DNA of 64,000 nucleotides from a virus. The translations under genes and the position numbers were made by a program. Within the stretch, counting starts at the first letter, position 1. Every line of letters begins with the position of its first letter. The stretch covers positions 32,001-96,000 of the IMG/VR virus record IMGVR_UViG_3300009082_000002. One strand, 5' to 3'. Below are positions 1 through 9,256 of this stretch, piece by piece. A model generated the notes under the pieces. It ran no database searches and had not been told where the DNA came from. It saw only the letters and a list, made by a program, of their open reading frames with translations.

Positions 1-1
1 G

Positions 2-385
2 GGCGACCATGACCCGTCCGGGCTTGACATGGATCGCGACGTCCGTGAGCGACTGGAGATGTTCAGCGAAGGTCCGGTCGAGGTGCGGCGACTGGCGCTC
101 ACGCGCGAGCAGATCGACCGCTGGAGCCCGCCGCCTAACCCGGCCAAGTTCACCGACTCGCGCGCCGACGCGTACATCGTGGAGCATGGCCGCCAGTCGT
201 GGGAGCTTGACGCAATCGAGCCGCGCGATCTGGCGCGGCTGGTCAGCGAGGCCGTCCTCGCGTACCGCGACGAGCCGCTCTGGGTTCGCGAGTGCCGCCG
301 CGAGAGCACCATGGTCGACGACCTGAAGAAGATGGCCAAGCGCTACAAGGACCCGGCGATCGACGACGAGAGCGAGGAGGATTAA
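2..385 (+). CDS. 5'-truncated TOPRIM-domain protein (topoisomerase VI-A-like phage family)
   Basis: Frame 2 is open from the window start: GDHDPSGLDM (DxD TOPRIM motif), then RLALTREQI..PPNPAK.TDSRA..Y...G..SWELDA. Confidence 0.7.
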   Translation, partial: GDHDPSGLDMDRDVRERLEMFSEGPVEVRRLALTREQIDRWSPPPNPAKFTDSRADAYIVEHGRQSWELDAIEPRDLARLVSEAVLAYRDEPLWVRECRRESTMVDDLKKMAKRYKDPAIDDESEED

Positions 386-386
386 G

Positions 387-770
387 ATGTGGATCTTCAG
401 TGAGCACGGCTTCTTCAGCATCGTTGTGGACCGCTTCGGCACCGACCCGAACGTGATGCTGGTACGCGCGCGGTGCGAGGCCGACCTCGACCGCTTCGGC
501 GACCTGCTGCCGTCGAGCGGCTGGGTGGCGAAGCCCTGGTACGCACACGACGCCGACTACCACTGGCGCGCGCTGGCCGACCGCGGCGACGTGGCCGAGG
601 CCTTGGTCGCGATGATGCGCGGGCTGGAGTACACCAACTTCAAGGCGCACGTCGCGCGCTCGCCGTCTGGCCTCGCCGAGGGTAGGCTTCACGCCTTGCA
701 CGCGGTCTGGCTGGCGATGGCCGAGTTCGGCGACAAGTTCTGCCAGCCCACGAAGAAGGCGAAGCGATGA
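387..770 (+). CDS. Conserved phage hypothetical protein
   Basis: MWIF..GFFSIV / LVRAR / DY.WRA / Y.NFK pattern, GGAGG SD, coupled to neighbours. Confidence 0.7.
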   Translation: MWIFSEHGFFSIVVDRFGTDPNVMLVRARCEADLDRFGDLLPSSGWVAKPWYAHDADYHWRALADRGDVAEALVAMMRGLEYTNFKAHVARSPSGLAEGRLHALHAVWLAMAEFGDKFCQPTKKAKR

Positions 771-1129
771 TCCATCCGGTCGACGAGTTCAGCGGCGCGC
801 GGCAAGCCCTTCTCGATCTGCTCTGGGATCTGAAGTGGCACAGCCGCAACACGCTGGAAACCGTAGCGGGCAACCGCTACGGTGCGCGGCTGTACGAGTT
901 GCGTCGGCTGGGTTGGATCATCGACTCGCACCCGCATCCGCACGGCAAGGGCAAGTTGTACCGGCTGTGCCAGCATCGGAAGGGCGTGCATGCCGTGAAG
1001 CGGGTCAAGGTGCTGTTCTTTGAGCGCGATGCCGATGTGCTCATCGAGACCGGCACGCTGACGCGGTCCGCTACGCGTTCGCTGCGTCGCGCGCTCGCGT
1101 CCTTCCGGCGGCACAGGGAGAAGCTGTGA
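767..1129 (+). CDS. Winged helix-turn-helix protein
   Basis: RYGARLYELRRLGWII..LYRL is a wHTH-like motif; ATGA overlap with upstream gene. Confidence 0.6.
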   Translation: MIHPVDEFSGARQALLDLLWDLKWHSRNTLETVAGNRYGARLYELRRLGWIIDSHPHPHGKGKLYRLCQHRKGVHAVKRVKVLFFERDADVLIETGTLTRSATRSLRRALASFRRHREKL

Positions 1130-1398
1130 GTAGCCAGGGCGAAGACGAGATCCTGTGGCTGGCGGCGCTCGCCTGCGCGCGGACGGCCGACGCGCTGGTT
1201 TCGGTGCGTCACTTCGAGGTTGTCGCGGCTCTGGCTGGAATCGAAGCCGCAGTCGAGAACGCCCACGGGTGCTGGTGCCGCGCGAAGGATGCGAACGCCG
1301 GGCCGTGCGCTTGCTGTGAGCTGCGCGAGCTGCTCGGCATCGCGCAGCCGCGCGAGAGCAGGTTCTATCGAGGCGAACCGTCGAGGGCCAGGGGGTGA
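1126..1398 (+). CDS. Hypothetical Cys-rich protein
   Basis: GTGA overlap with upstream stop; CxC and CxxC motifs. Confidence 0.5.
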   Translation: MSSQGEDEILWLAALACARTADALVSVRHFEVVAALAGIEAAVENAHGCWCRAKDANAGPCACCELRELLGIAQPRESRFYRGEPSRARG

Positions 1399-1402
1399 TG
1401 GA

Positions 1403-1885
1403 ATGAGCGCTACCGTATTCGCTCGCCAGCCCGACCGGTACGAGATCGTTGCGCTGCCAGTCGAGCGCAAGCCCGGCTGCCTGACTGTCAACCCGACTCT
1501 GGTAGACATCCTCTATCGCGAGACGATCGGACAGATCCTCGCGGAAGGCGTCCAGCTCGGCGGCGAAGCCGGCTACCAGCGCGTCATCCACGGCCTGCAG
1601 ACCATCGTCAAGCTCCGCATGGGAGCGCGAGGTGCAAGGATGCCGAGCGATAGCAAACAGTCGCTTTTGAAGCTGATGGAATCTGCGGCAGGCAAGATGT
1701 TCGAGGTTGTAGTCCGCGAGACCGCGGATGACCTTGCCATGCCGCGCGAGCTGGTCCGCAAGGCCTTCGGCGAGCCGCAGCCGGATGACGGGCCGGAGGT
1801 GACCGCGGCGCGCGAGAAGCTCATCCAGTATTTTTCCTGTGCGTCGCGCCTCGAAGCGCGGGCCGTGGTCAGTAAGGACGTCTAA
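1403..1885 (+). CDS. Hypothetical protein
   Basis: ATG at 1403 fits gene tiling; GC3-rich codons. Confidence 0.6.
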   Translation: MSATVFARQPDRYEIVALPVERKPGCLTVNPTLVDILYRETIGQILAEGVQLGGEAGYQRVIHGLQTIVKLRMGARGARMPSDSKQSLLKLMESAAGKMFEVVVRETADDLAMPRELVRKAFGEPQPDDGPEVTAAREKLIQYFSCASRLEARAVVSKDV

Positions 1886-2313
1886 TGCCGACGCTGGACG
1901 ATCTGCGCGAGCGCTTCAAGCAACACCGGCCGCGAGCGCTGCGCCGTGACAACATCCGGTCGGTGCCGTCCGGCAACGTGCCGTCGACCGAGTGGATGTC
2001 AGTCAAGCCGCTGCCAGCGTGGGCCAGCCCGGCCGACGCGGAGATTCTCGACACGATACGGATCAAGATTCGCGTGTCCGAGAGAACGATCGAGAGGTTG
2101 TTCCGACCGCCGATGAATGAGCGCGAGCTGCGTGTCTTCTTCCTTGACCGCTTGCTCGCGGTGCGCGGCGTGACTTCGCTGTCGCCGGAAGAGATCAAGC
2201 CCATTGCGCGCGACTGCGATCTTTCGTCTGGCGACTTCATCTTCATCGTCGAGGTGCCGCGCCGGTTGCGCGCCGCCCTGGCTGATGAGTTAATCGAGGA
2301 GATCAAATTATGA
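1885..2313 (+). CDS. Hypothetical protein (MPTLDDLR N-terminus)
   Basis: TAATG coupling; N-terminus resembles that of 6547..7518. Confidence 0.65.
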   Translation: MPTLDDLRERFKQHRPRALRRDNIRSVPSGNVPSTEWMSVKPLPAWASPADAEILDTIRIKIRVSERTIERLFRPPMNERELRVFFLDRLLAVRGVTSLSPEEIKPIARDCDLSSGDFIFIVEVPRRLRAALADELIEEIKL

Positions 2314-2798
2314 TCTGGCACGTGCTCGCCGGCCTGGCTGTGCTGTTCCTGATTCTGATCTACGCGGCCCGCGCCCGCATCGTCCGCGGCAGGAAGATCC
2401 ACGTCCGTGTGCCTGACGAGAGCGTGGCGCAGACGGACCCGCGCGAGGCTGTGCGCGTCCGGCTGCACACCGCGATCAACTGCCTGATGACGGCCAAGCT
2501 CCACGTCGAACGTGGTTTGAAGGCGAAGCTCTCCACGCGGAAGACCGACGAGCTTCGCAATCGGCTGTTGACCGAGCTGGCAGTCGCGCAAGGTGGACTC
2601 GCCGAGCTGTTGCTCGCTGTCCGGCCCGAGCGAAGCGACGTCGAGGACCTGGAAGAAGAGATCGAGGGCGCGACGCCGAAGGTTGTGCAACTCGACCAGG
2701 GCCGCGGACTGCCGCCCATCGAGAACGGTGTCTGCGTGATCTGCGGGAAACTCCCTTGCCGGCACTATCCGTTCAACGCCGGGGAGCAGAACCGATGA
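2310..2798 (+). CDS. Hypothetical membrane-anchored protein
   Basis: Hydrophobic N-terminal helix; C-terminal CxxC..C.H. Confidence 0.6.
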   Translation: MIWHVLAGLAVLFLILIYAARARIVRGRKIHVRVPDESVAQTDPREAVRVRLHTAINCLMTAKLHVERGLKAKLSTRKTDELRNRLLTELAVAQGGLAELLLAVRPERSDVEDLEEEIEGATPKVVQLDQGRGLPPIENGVCVICGKLPCRHYPFNAGEQNR

Positions 2799-3313
2799 CC
2801 GTGCTGACGCTGCCAGAAGTCGCTGCCATGCTGCGCCTGAAGAACGAACGCACGGTGCGCAAGTGGTGTCGCGCTGGCAAGGTGCCAGGCGCCTTCAAAA
2901 CCAGCGGCGCTCGTGGCCGTTGGCGCATTCCGTCCAGCACCGTCGCGGTGCTGGTGAGCAGAGGAGGAGACATGGTCGAGAACGAGGGAAACGACACGCT
3001 GTCACTGGATGAGTACCTGGCACGTCACGGCTTGCGCCGGCTGCCGTGCGGGCTCCACTCCCGCATCAACGCCACGGCCGAGCCAGTGGTGGAGCTGTGG
3101 GTTGACGCCTGCATCAAGGACGGGAGGCCGGAGGCTGCGCTCATCTTCCGGCTCACGCGGGCCGATCTGGAGATCGTGAGCGCGCACCTGGGGCGGATCG
3201 AGCTGGCCGCTTCGCTCGGCTCGATGCTGAAGGGGTTGGGGCTGTGCTCGACCTCATCCGGCGCCCTGCGGGACGCGTCGAGCATGAAGCCGTCAAGGTA
3301 CATGGAGAGCTGA
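2795..3313 (+). CDS. Excisionase/MerR-like HTH DNA-binding protein with C-terminal extension
   Basis: [35 protein letters not shown]. Confidence 0.7.
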   Translation: MTVLTLPEVAAMLRLKNERTVRKWCRAGKVPGAFKTSGARGRWRIPSSTVAVLVSRGGDMVENEGNDTLSLDEYLARHGLRRLPCGLHSRINATAEPVVELWVDACIKDGRPEAALIFRLTRADLEIVSAHLGRIELAASLGSMLKGLGLCSTSSGALRDASSMKPSRYMES

Positions 3314-3314
3314 C

Positions 3315-4142
3315 ATGCGCGCGTTGGTGTTCCTGATTCTTCTGGCCGGCTGCACGACCGACGACGGCCAGAACGGAGAGCAAGGGTTGCCCGGCCCGCA
3401 GGGCGAGCCAGGCGAAGCGGGTGCGCAAGGCCCGCCTGGTCCGCCTGGCGAACGCGGCCCGCAGGGCGTGGCTGGAGAGCGCGGCCAAGCCGGCGAGCGG
3501 GGGCCAGCGGGCGCACAGGGCCCGCCAGGAGCGCAGGGTACGATCGGAGAGCGTGGCGAGCCCGGCCTGCAGGGAGAACGCGGCCCAGCGGGCGCGCAGG
3601 GCCTGCCTGGTGCGCGAGGAGAGCAGGGCGAGCAGGGTACGGCTGGCGAGCGTGGTCCGCAGGGTGAACCCGGCGAGCGGGGGCTGGCAGGCCCTGCTGG
3701 CCTGCCAGGTCCAGCCGTGGTCTGGTGCGATGCCTCCGGCTCCTTCGTCGGCTTCGGCAGCGTGACCGATACGCGGCTCTGGTACGCGGACCGGGACGGC
3801 CTGTTCTGGAAGTTCGACGTTGGCTGGCTCACGCACTCGCCCGATGACCTCGCGGTCTACTGGACCGAGCCCGGCTGCACCGGCACGGCCATCGTGGCCG
3901 AGCGAGCCCCGCGCGTCACCTTCCGCACCGATGGCGAGTACCGCGTCCGCGGGCTTGAAGTCGCCAGCTTGCTCGACGTGCAGGCCGCGTCCGTGACGCA
4001 GTTGAGCGGCCAGTGCGCCGAGAGCGGTCAGTTCTTCTACCGTGCGCTACCGCTCGACGCGCTGGCCGTCGTGACCGCGCCGGACCTGCCATTTTCCCGG
4101 CCGCTGTACCCGGCGGTCGGCTCGTGTCAAGAGGAGGAGTGA
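3315..4142 (+). CDS. Collagen-like lipoprotein
   Basis: Lipobox LAGC after a hydrophobic signal; long uninterrupted G-X-Y run (~3370-3715); globular C-terminal domain. Confidence 0.85.
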   Translation: MRALVFLILLAGCTTDDGQNGEQGLPGPQGEPGEAGAQGPPGPPGERGPQGVAGERGQAGERGPAGAQGPPGAQGTIGERGEPGLQGERGPAGAQGLPGARGEQGEQGTAGERGPQGEPGERGLAGPAGLPGPAVVWCDASGSFVGFGSVTDTRLWYADRDGLFWKFDVGWLTHSPDDLAVYWTEPGCTGTAIVAERAPRVTFRTDGEYRVRGLEVASLLDVQAASVTQLSGQCAESGQFFYRALPLDALAVVTAPDLPFSRPLYPAVGSCQEEE

Positions 4143-4143
4143 G

Positions 4144-4596
4144 ATGTCCAGACGAAGGCAGTGGTTCGAGACCATGGCGGCTGCGGTTTCCGCCGCGGCA
4201 ATCTACACCGAGAGGGACGGCAAGAAGCACCGCGTCCAGAAGATCGCGTGGAGTTCAAAAGGCGAATTCTACGTGTCGGCCGCGGGTGCCAGCGCTGGCA
4301 CCCCGAAGGCGAAGGGCGCTGCCGCGCGAGCGGCAAGCCAGAGTGCCAAGCTGTCCAGTCGGGTCAGCTCGGCGTCGAAGAAGCACTCCGCGCCAGCGAA
4401 GCTCCGGGCGCCGAAGCGTGGTGACGTCTACCGGGACCGCGACACGCGTATCAACGGCGAGCGCCTGCTCACGGTGCGGGCGATCCTCGATGACGTCGCT
4501 CACTGCGACGTCAGCATGAACGCGGAAGCCACGAATCGCAAGGTGAAGATCAAGCTCAAGCGGCTCGCGAGCCGCGACTACGAGCGGGTCGTCTAG
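4144..4596 (+). CDS. Hypothetical basic protein
   Basis: GAGGAG SD; Lys/Ala/Ser-rich centre. Confidence 0.6.
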   Translation: MSRRRQWFETMAAAVSAAAIYTERDGKKHRVQKIAWSSKGEFYVSAAGASAGTPKAKGAAARAASQSAKLSSRVSSASKKHSAPAKLRAPKRGDVYRDRDTRINGERLLTVRAILDDVAHCDVSMNAEATNRKVKIKLKRLASRDYERVV

Positions 4597-4648
4597 TGCT
4601 TTCGGTGCTTTGAGAAGCTGACCGGCCGGAAGCCGGGGGAGGTAGTCG

Positions 4649-4858
4649 ATGGGTGACGAGCTGATCGGGACCGCGGAGGCTGTGCCAGTCTGCCAGGTGC
4701 GCGACCGCTGCAACTACGCCGACCAGGGCGCGTGTATCTACGCGGACCCTGCCGGCTGGTTCGAGCCCGAGGTCCGCGTGACGCGCTCGCGGAACCCTGA
4801 CCGGCCGGCGTGGCGGTTCGGCTGCGTGGCCTTCGTCGAGAAGCGGAGGCCCGGATGA
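4649..4858 (+). CDS. Hypothetical small Cys-containing protein
   Basis: GGAGG SD; ATGA overlap with the next gene. Confidence 0.5.
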   Translation: MGDELIGTAEAVPVCQVRDRCNYADQGACIYADPAGWFEPEVRVTRSRNPDRPAWRFGCVAFVEKRRPG

Positions 4859-5169
4859 GCTGCCCCGCCCTCGACCGGCTGTTCTACCGCGTGATCGAAC
4901 CGGACACGCCGGACGGCCTGCCGCGTGCGCGCCGCTTGCGGCCGGACGAGGTGCTGCGGCTCGAAGCGAAGCTCCTGTGCCGGATGAAGACCGAGATCGG
5001 CGCGGTGTTGAAAGAGCACGGCCGCCCTGGTGCAGCCGGCCCAGCGATATCGAAGGCGGTCGCCGCCGCGCTGCAGGAGCTTGCCGAGCAGGAGGGCCTG
5101 GCATCCAAGGCCAGCGTTCACTTCTTGGGCCTCGTCATCGAGGACGATCTGCCCGGCCCGGAAGCGTGA
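4855..5169 (+). CDS. Hypothetical protein
   Basis: GGAGG SD, ATG at 4855. Confidence 0.55.
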   Translation: MSCPALDRLFYRVIEPDTPDGLPRARRLRPDEVLRLEAKLLCRMKTEIGAVLKEHGRPGAAGPAISKAVAAALQELAEQEGLASKASVHFLGLVIEDDLPGPEA

Positions 5170-5224
5170 GTCGCGCCTTTTCTGGTGCGAGTGAACTGCT
5201 TAAAATCATTAGCTGAATCGGCTC

Positions 5225-5275
5225 GCTAAAAAAAAACTTGCAATTAGCTTTGCGCCGTGTAGAATGGCAGCCATG
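5225..5275 (+). promoter_or_regulatory. Sigma70-type promoter, cassette copy 1
   Basis: A-tract, TTGCAA (5238-5243), 16 nt, TAGAAT (5260-5265); same architecture as the copies at 19.8 and 21.2 kb. Confidence 0.75.
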
Positions 5276-5317
5276 GGAAAGAAAAATCACATCGCGTTAA
5301 CCGGAGGAGAGGCGAGC

Positions 5318-5539
5318 ATGAACGATCAAGAGTATGAGATGGCCAAGCGGATCTCGCACAGCAAGAGCTGCTCGGTTTATCGCGACTGGCACGGCGGCCA
5401 CGGTGGCGGATTCATCGCTGCGCTGCGCGGGGAGTTCGACACCGAGGCTGGCGTCCACGAGTGGATCGTGCTCGGAGTTTTCGCTTCGCGTGGCGAAGCG
5501 CAGAAAGCCGTCGCGACCGCGATGGGCTGGGAGGCGTGA
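5318..5539 (+). CDS. Hypothetical early protein
   Basis: GGAGGAG SD; alternative in-frame ATG at 5273. Confidence 0.6.
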   Translation: MNDQEYEMAKRISHSKSCSVYRDWHGGHGGGFIAALRGEFDTEAGVHEWIVLGVFASRGEAQKAVATAMGWEA

Positions 5540-5541
5540 CG

Positions 5542-5877
5542 ATGAAGGCAATCATTTTCAAGCCCGCGAAGGCCTGGATCGAGAACCTGCGCGAGGGCGA
5601 TCTTGCACCCGACTGCTTCGGCCGCCTGGCCGAGGTGGTGCGGGTCAGCTACCGCGGAACCGACACGCTGGGCCGCGAGTTTGTCGGCGTCGACTTGCTG
5701 TTCGGCGAGCGCGGCACGATCAGCGACTCCTACAAGGCCGGTCGGATTCATCGCAGCGTACCGCTCTGCAACCGGTACACGAGCGCGGAGCTGGATGCGC
5801 TGGAACGGCACGCGCCGGAGCGCAGCGACATGTTTCTCGGCGACCATGGCGACGACCTGGTCGAGCTGGAGGTGTGA
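5542..5877 (+). CDS. Hypothetical protein
   Basis: GGAGG SD, gene tiling. Confidence 0.6.
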   Translation: MKAIIFKPAKAWIENLREGDLAPDCFGRLAEVVRVSYRGTDTLGREFVGVDLLFGERGTISDSYKAGRIHRSVPLCNRYTSAELDALERHAPERSDMFLGDHGDDLVELEV

Positions 5878-5878
5878 C

Positions 5879-6112
5879 GTGGATCGCCGGTACTACAGCC
5901 GCAGGCACTTCGAGCTGCTCCGCAATGGCCCGCCAGACACCGCCGAGACCATCGCGGAGCGGCTGCGCCAACGTGCCGCCGCGGAGCAGGCGATGCGAGA
6001 GCGCGACGAGCGCTGGCCGGAGCTGACGGCCGAGAACGCTGGCGAAGCGCTGGTCTGGCAGCGAGCCCGTGAGCGCGAGCTGTGCGAACTGCTCGCAGCG
6101 GAGAAAGCATGA
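5879..6112 (+). CDS. Hypothetical protein
   Basis: GGAGGT SD, GTG start. Confidence 0.5.
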   Translation: MDRRYYSRRHFELLRNGPPDTAETIAERLRQRAAAEQAMRERDERWPELTAENAGEALVWQRARERELCELLAAEKA

Positions 6113-6411
6113 ATTTGACGCACATCCCGCACCATGCGGAGACAGGTGGCGACTATGTGCGGATCAAGTTCCGTCCGGTCGCGGCTGACGGAACTGAACT
6201 CCGCGCCCGCTGGGCGTGGGCTGTCCGGCTGCACGCCGGCCAGACCAGGCTTCCGCGCTACCTTCTGATCACGCGCGAAGGCGAGAACGTGGTCGCCGAC
6301 CGCGAGCAGGACAACGTGATCACCGAGACCCGTTCGATCCTCGTCGGCACGCCAATGGAGGAGCGGCCAGCCGCCATGAACTTGAAGTACGGCTGGCTAG
6401 AGGAAGTCTGA
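6109..6411 (+). CDS. Hypothetical protein
   Basis: ATGA overlap, GGAG SD. Confidence 0.55.
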   Translation: MNLTHIPHHAETGGDYVRIKFRPVAADGTELRARWAWAVRLHAGQTRLPRYLLITREGENVVADREQDNVITETRSILVGTPMEERPAAMNLKYGWLEEV

Positions 6412-6546
6412 TGGCGAGTAAACTTTCTGGCGCAACGCTCGTCGATCGGGCTCACTGCCGAAGGCCACACGTGGGCAGAGGAAGCCTCCGGTTGAACCCG
6501 GGCCAGAGGCGAAAGCAGGACGACGTGGACGCGGTACGGGGACGTG

Positions 6547-7518
6547 ATGCCGACGCTCGATGAACTTCGACGCCGTTTCAGGAAGGACACGCGGCTCAAG
6601 CCCGGCGGCCGGTCAGGTACCGTCTCGCCCAAGCTGAAGCTGGAGCTGAAGACCACTGGCAGCGACGGCAAGCCGCTGTTCACAGAGGAAGCCCTGCTCG
6701 AGATGGTGCGGTTGGAAGCGAACTTCCTCGCCAAGCTCGGCATCCCGCCAGAGCTTGTGCTGCCGACGCTCGAACATGCCAAGTCGGATGACCCGGCCCG
6801 CATCGCCGAGGCGATTTTCGATCTCGCGGACAAGGCTGGGATCGGACTCGGCCCCGCCGCAGTCGCGACGGCCAGAATCAGGACCCAGCTCGCGAGCCCA
6901 TGGCTGGAAGAGTTGCTCCAGCGGGTGAAATCCGAGATGCGCAACTCCGTCCACCGACACCGCCGGAGCTACGCGGAAGTCGAGTCCGCCATCGGTGACT
7001 TTCTCAACGGGGCCCGAGCCGCGTGGACGCCGAGGGCGGACACGGACCCTGCATGGTCGCGCCCACACGCGGAAGCTGTGCGCGAGGCCACGAGCGCGCT
7101 GGATGCGGACTGGCTGGCGAACGAGTACGTGGTCAAGACCTTTAGCACGACCGCGACCGTGGAGCTGCACGGCCGCGGGAAGATCCACATTGGCACACCA
7201 ACGGTCGTCCTCGCGACGCGGGACGGTGTCGTGCCGTGGATGCTGGTCGACAGGCTGTTCTATCGCTGGCAGAAGAAGACCGGGAAGCGCGACGGCAGGA
7301 CCGTCTTCGAGCATGACGTCGCGATGGCGACGGTCAAGGAGCTTGGCCGCCGCGCCGGGTTGAGGCTGACGACGGACCGAGTACTTCTGAACGACTTCGC
7401 AATCGTCCCCAACCGCAAGAACTCGTCAGGCTATCTGTACACGCGACTCGTCATGCGAGCGGAGGACGCGAACGCGTTGATCGCGATGACCAGCCGACAC
7501 GGAGGGGACGACCGATGA
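6547..7518 (+). CDS. Hypothetical protein upstream of the repeat region
   Basis: 323-aa ORF with typical codon bias; no motif I can assign. Confidence 0.7.
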   Translation: MPTLDELRRRFRKDTRLKPGGRSGTVSPKLKLELKTTGSDGKPLFTEEALLEMVRLEANFLAKLGIPPELVLPTLEHAKSDDPARIAEAIFDLADKAGIGLGPAAVATARIRTQLASPWLEELLQRVKSEMRNSVHRHRRSYAEVESAIGDFLNGARAAWTPRADTDPAWSRPHAEAVREATSALDADWLANEYVVKTFSTTATVELHGRGKIHIGTPTVVLATRDGVVPWMLVDRLFYRWQKKTGKRDGRTVFEHDVAMATVKELGRRAGLRLTTDRVLLNDFAIVPNRKNSSGYLYTRLVMRAEDANALIAMTSRHGGDDR

Positions 7519-7916
7519 CGAAGAGGAAGGCCGAGCTGCCAGATCTGACGAGGACCGCACGCGCGGTTGAAGCGCTCGACGCAGAGTACGCGAAGCCCGA
7601 CAGCGAGATCGACTGGAGCAAGATCATCGAGCTGGACAGGGAAGTCGGCCGCGCCTTCGGCGAGGACACCGCGGACCGGAACAACCAGAGGACGTGCGAG
7701 CAATGCGTCCGCGCAGGCAGACCGAGCCCAGGACCAGGGTTCGAGCTGGCGCCCGTCCGCAGGTGGGTTGAGCAGTGGAAGAAGAAGAAGCGCAGCACCA
7801 ACACCAGCAGCGAGCAGGGGGGTGAAGGTGGTAGGACCAACCGCGGAAAGGATGGGCCGGGACGCAGCGGAGAAGGTGAAGCAAAGCGCGTTGTATGGAG
7901 TACCCCCGAAAGATAG
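7515..7916 (+). CDS. Hypothetical protein
   Basis: GGAGG SD, ATGA overlap; the 3' half runs into purine-rich low-complexity DNA. Confidence 0.5.
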   Translation: MTKRKAELPDLTRTARAVEALDAEYAKPDSEIDWSKIIELDREVGRAFGEDTADRNNQRTCEQCVRAGRPSPGPGFELAPVRRWVEQWKKKKRSTNTSSEQGGEGGRTNRGKDGPGRSGEGEAKRVVWSTPER

Positions 7917-8201
7917 GGATAGAAGAAGACGGGCCAGCGCGAGAAGAGATGGGCCAGCAAGACAGGAAGAGAGGCAGGAGAAGGACATGGAGAAGAATGG
8001 GGCAAGATGCAGGGCGGGCCCGCGGAGAGGGGAAAGGGGGAAGCCCTACCTCGCGCCCACTCCGGCCGCCTCCAGTCACATCCGGCCACATCCCTCCGGA
8101 GGGAAAAGGATGAATCCCTCCCCCCGCTGCTCTCGCCGCGGTCCCCACCCCGGCCCGGCGCCGCACCAAAAGCCTAGCCCGCAAGCCGCCGCGCCACGCT
8201 G

Positions 8202-8334
8202 CAACGTGCCAAAGGATAGCTAACTTCGCATTATCACAACAGAACACCAGCGCCAACGTGCCAAAGGCCCAACGTGCCAAAGGATAGACAACTCCGCATT
8301 ATCACACGATATTCGCCGCGACAACGTGCTAAAG
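8202..8334. repeat. Iteron-like direct repeats (CAACGTGCYAAAG x4; 37-bp unit x2)
   Basis: Core copies start at 8202, 8254, 8270 and 8322. 8202-8238 matches 8270-8306 with 3 mismatches. Confidence 0.85.
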
Positions 8335-8454
8335 ACCCCAGCGCCCAAGGCGCGCGGCTCCGGCGCACCAAGCCCAGCGCCGGGAGCGCGGGCCACGCGT
8401 AGCCAAGGCGCGCGTGGTGCGTGAGCCGAGCCCGGCGCGCTGGCAGCTCCGCGT

Positions 8455-8660
8455 CCGCATCCTGCCACCACCTGGGCAAGCCTGGGCCAGCCCGCCACCT
8501 GCCACGCACTGCCACGCGGGCCGGCCTGCCACCTGCCACACGCTGCCACGTTCTGCCACGCCACGCGGCCAGCTTGAGCTTGCTCGCCTCCTACCGCATC
8601 CTGCCACCAACCAGGCAAGCCGGGCCAAGCCCACCTCCTACCACATCCTGCCACCAACCA
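8455..8660. repeat. TGCCAC hexamer cluster and 27-bp direct repeat
   Basis: Nine exact TGCCAC copies; CCTCCTACCRCATCCTGCCACCAACCA at 8587-8613 and 8634-8660. Confidence 0.85.
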
Positions 8661-9007
8661 TGCCCGGGTTCAGCCAGGCCCGGCAATGGCAGGAGGCCAG
8701 GATGGGAAACCGCGGTGCCTCGGGCCGGTAGGATGCCGCGCAGGATTGGCTCTCATCCTTCCGATCCTGCCCGAACAGGCCGGCCCTTGCCCCGTCGCCC
8801 GCCAGCCCGCGCGTGCTCGGGATTGCCTGGCCCCCTCCCGATTCAAGCACGCCCCGGAAACCCGTCACTAAAAGCCAGGCTTTAATAACCCAGGCCTGGG
8901 CCAGCCGCACGGCTGCCTCCCGTGCCCACGTTTCCGGAAAAATTTTTTGGCGCGAGGACTCGGTACCTCCGCTGTGCTCTTCGCGAACCATCGCGCGGAG
9001 GTGCTTG

Positions 9008-9256
9008 ATGGCGGCAAGAAGCTGTAAACGCGCCCTGCGCTGGCTCATCGAAGACGCTCCACTCCTGGGCTTCGCGCGCGGCTGCGCGTTCCATTTTGTC
9101 TGGCGCGGCCCGCTGCCGCGCTGGGCGCAGGACGCCGCGCCGTGGCTCATGGCCTTCGCGCTGCGGTCCTGGCCGCTGCGGGTCAGCAAGCTCGTCGAGA
9201 CAGACCACGGGCAACGCGGCGTCGAGATCTCCAACCGCTACTGGCTGGGCGCATAA
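9008..9256 (+). CDS. Hypothetical protein
   Basis: GGAGGT SD; TAATG coupling to the next gene. Confidence 0.5.
   Translation: MAARSCKRALRWLIEDAPLLGFARGCAFHFVWRGPLPRWAQDAAPWLMAFALRSWPLRVSKLVETDHGQRGVEISNRYWLGA

Noticed and set aside
8202-8283. Sigma54 promoters (TTGGCACG on the minus strand) or DnaA boxes (TTATCACA)
   Set aside because: No TTGC lies at the required -12 spacing, and the DnaA-like match needs a deletion or two mismatches.
8202-8334. Mini CRISPR array (37-bp repeat, 31-bp spacer)
   Set aside because: There are only two full units, the spacer itself contains the repeat core, the unit is not palindromic and no cas genes are present.
7917-9000. ORFs across the repeat region on either strand
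   Set aside because: They have no SD or codon bias, and their translations simply mirror the DNA repeats.
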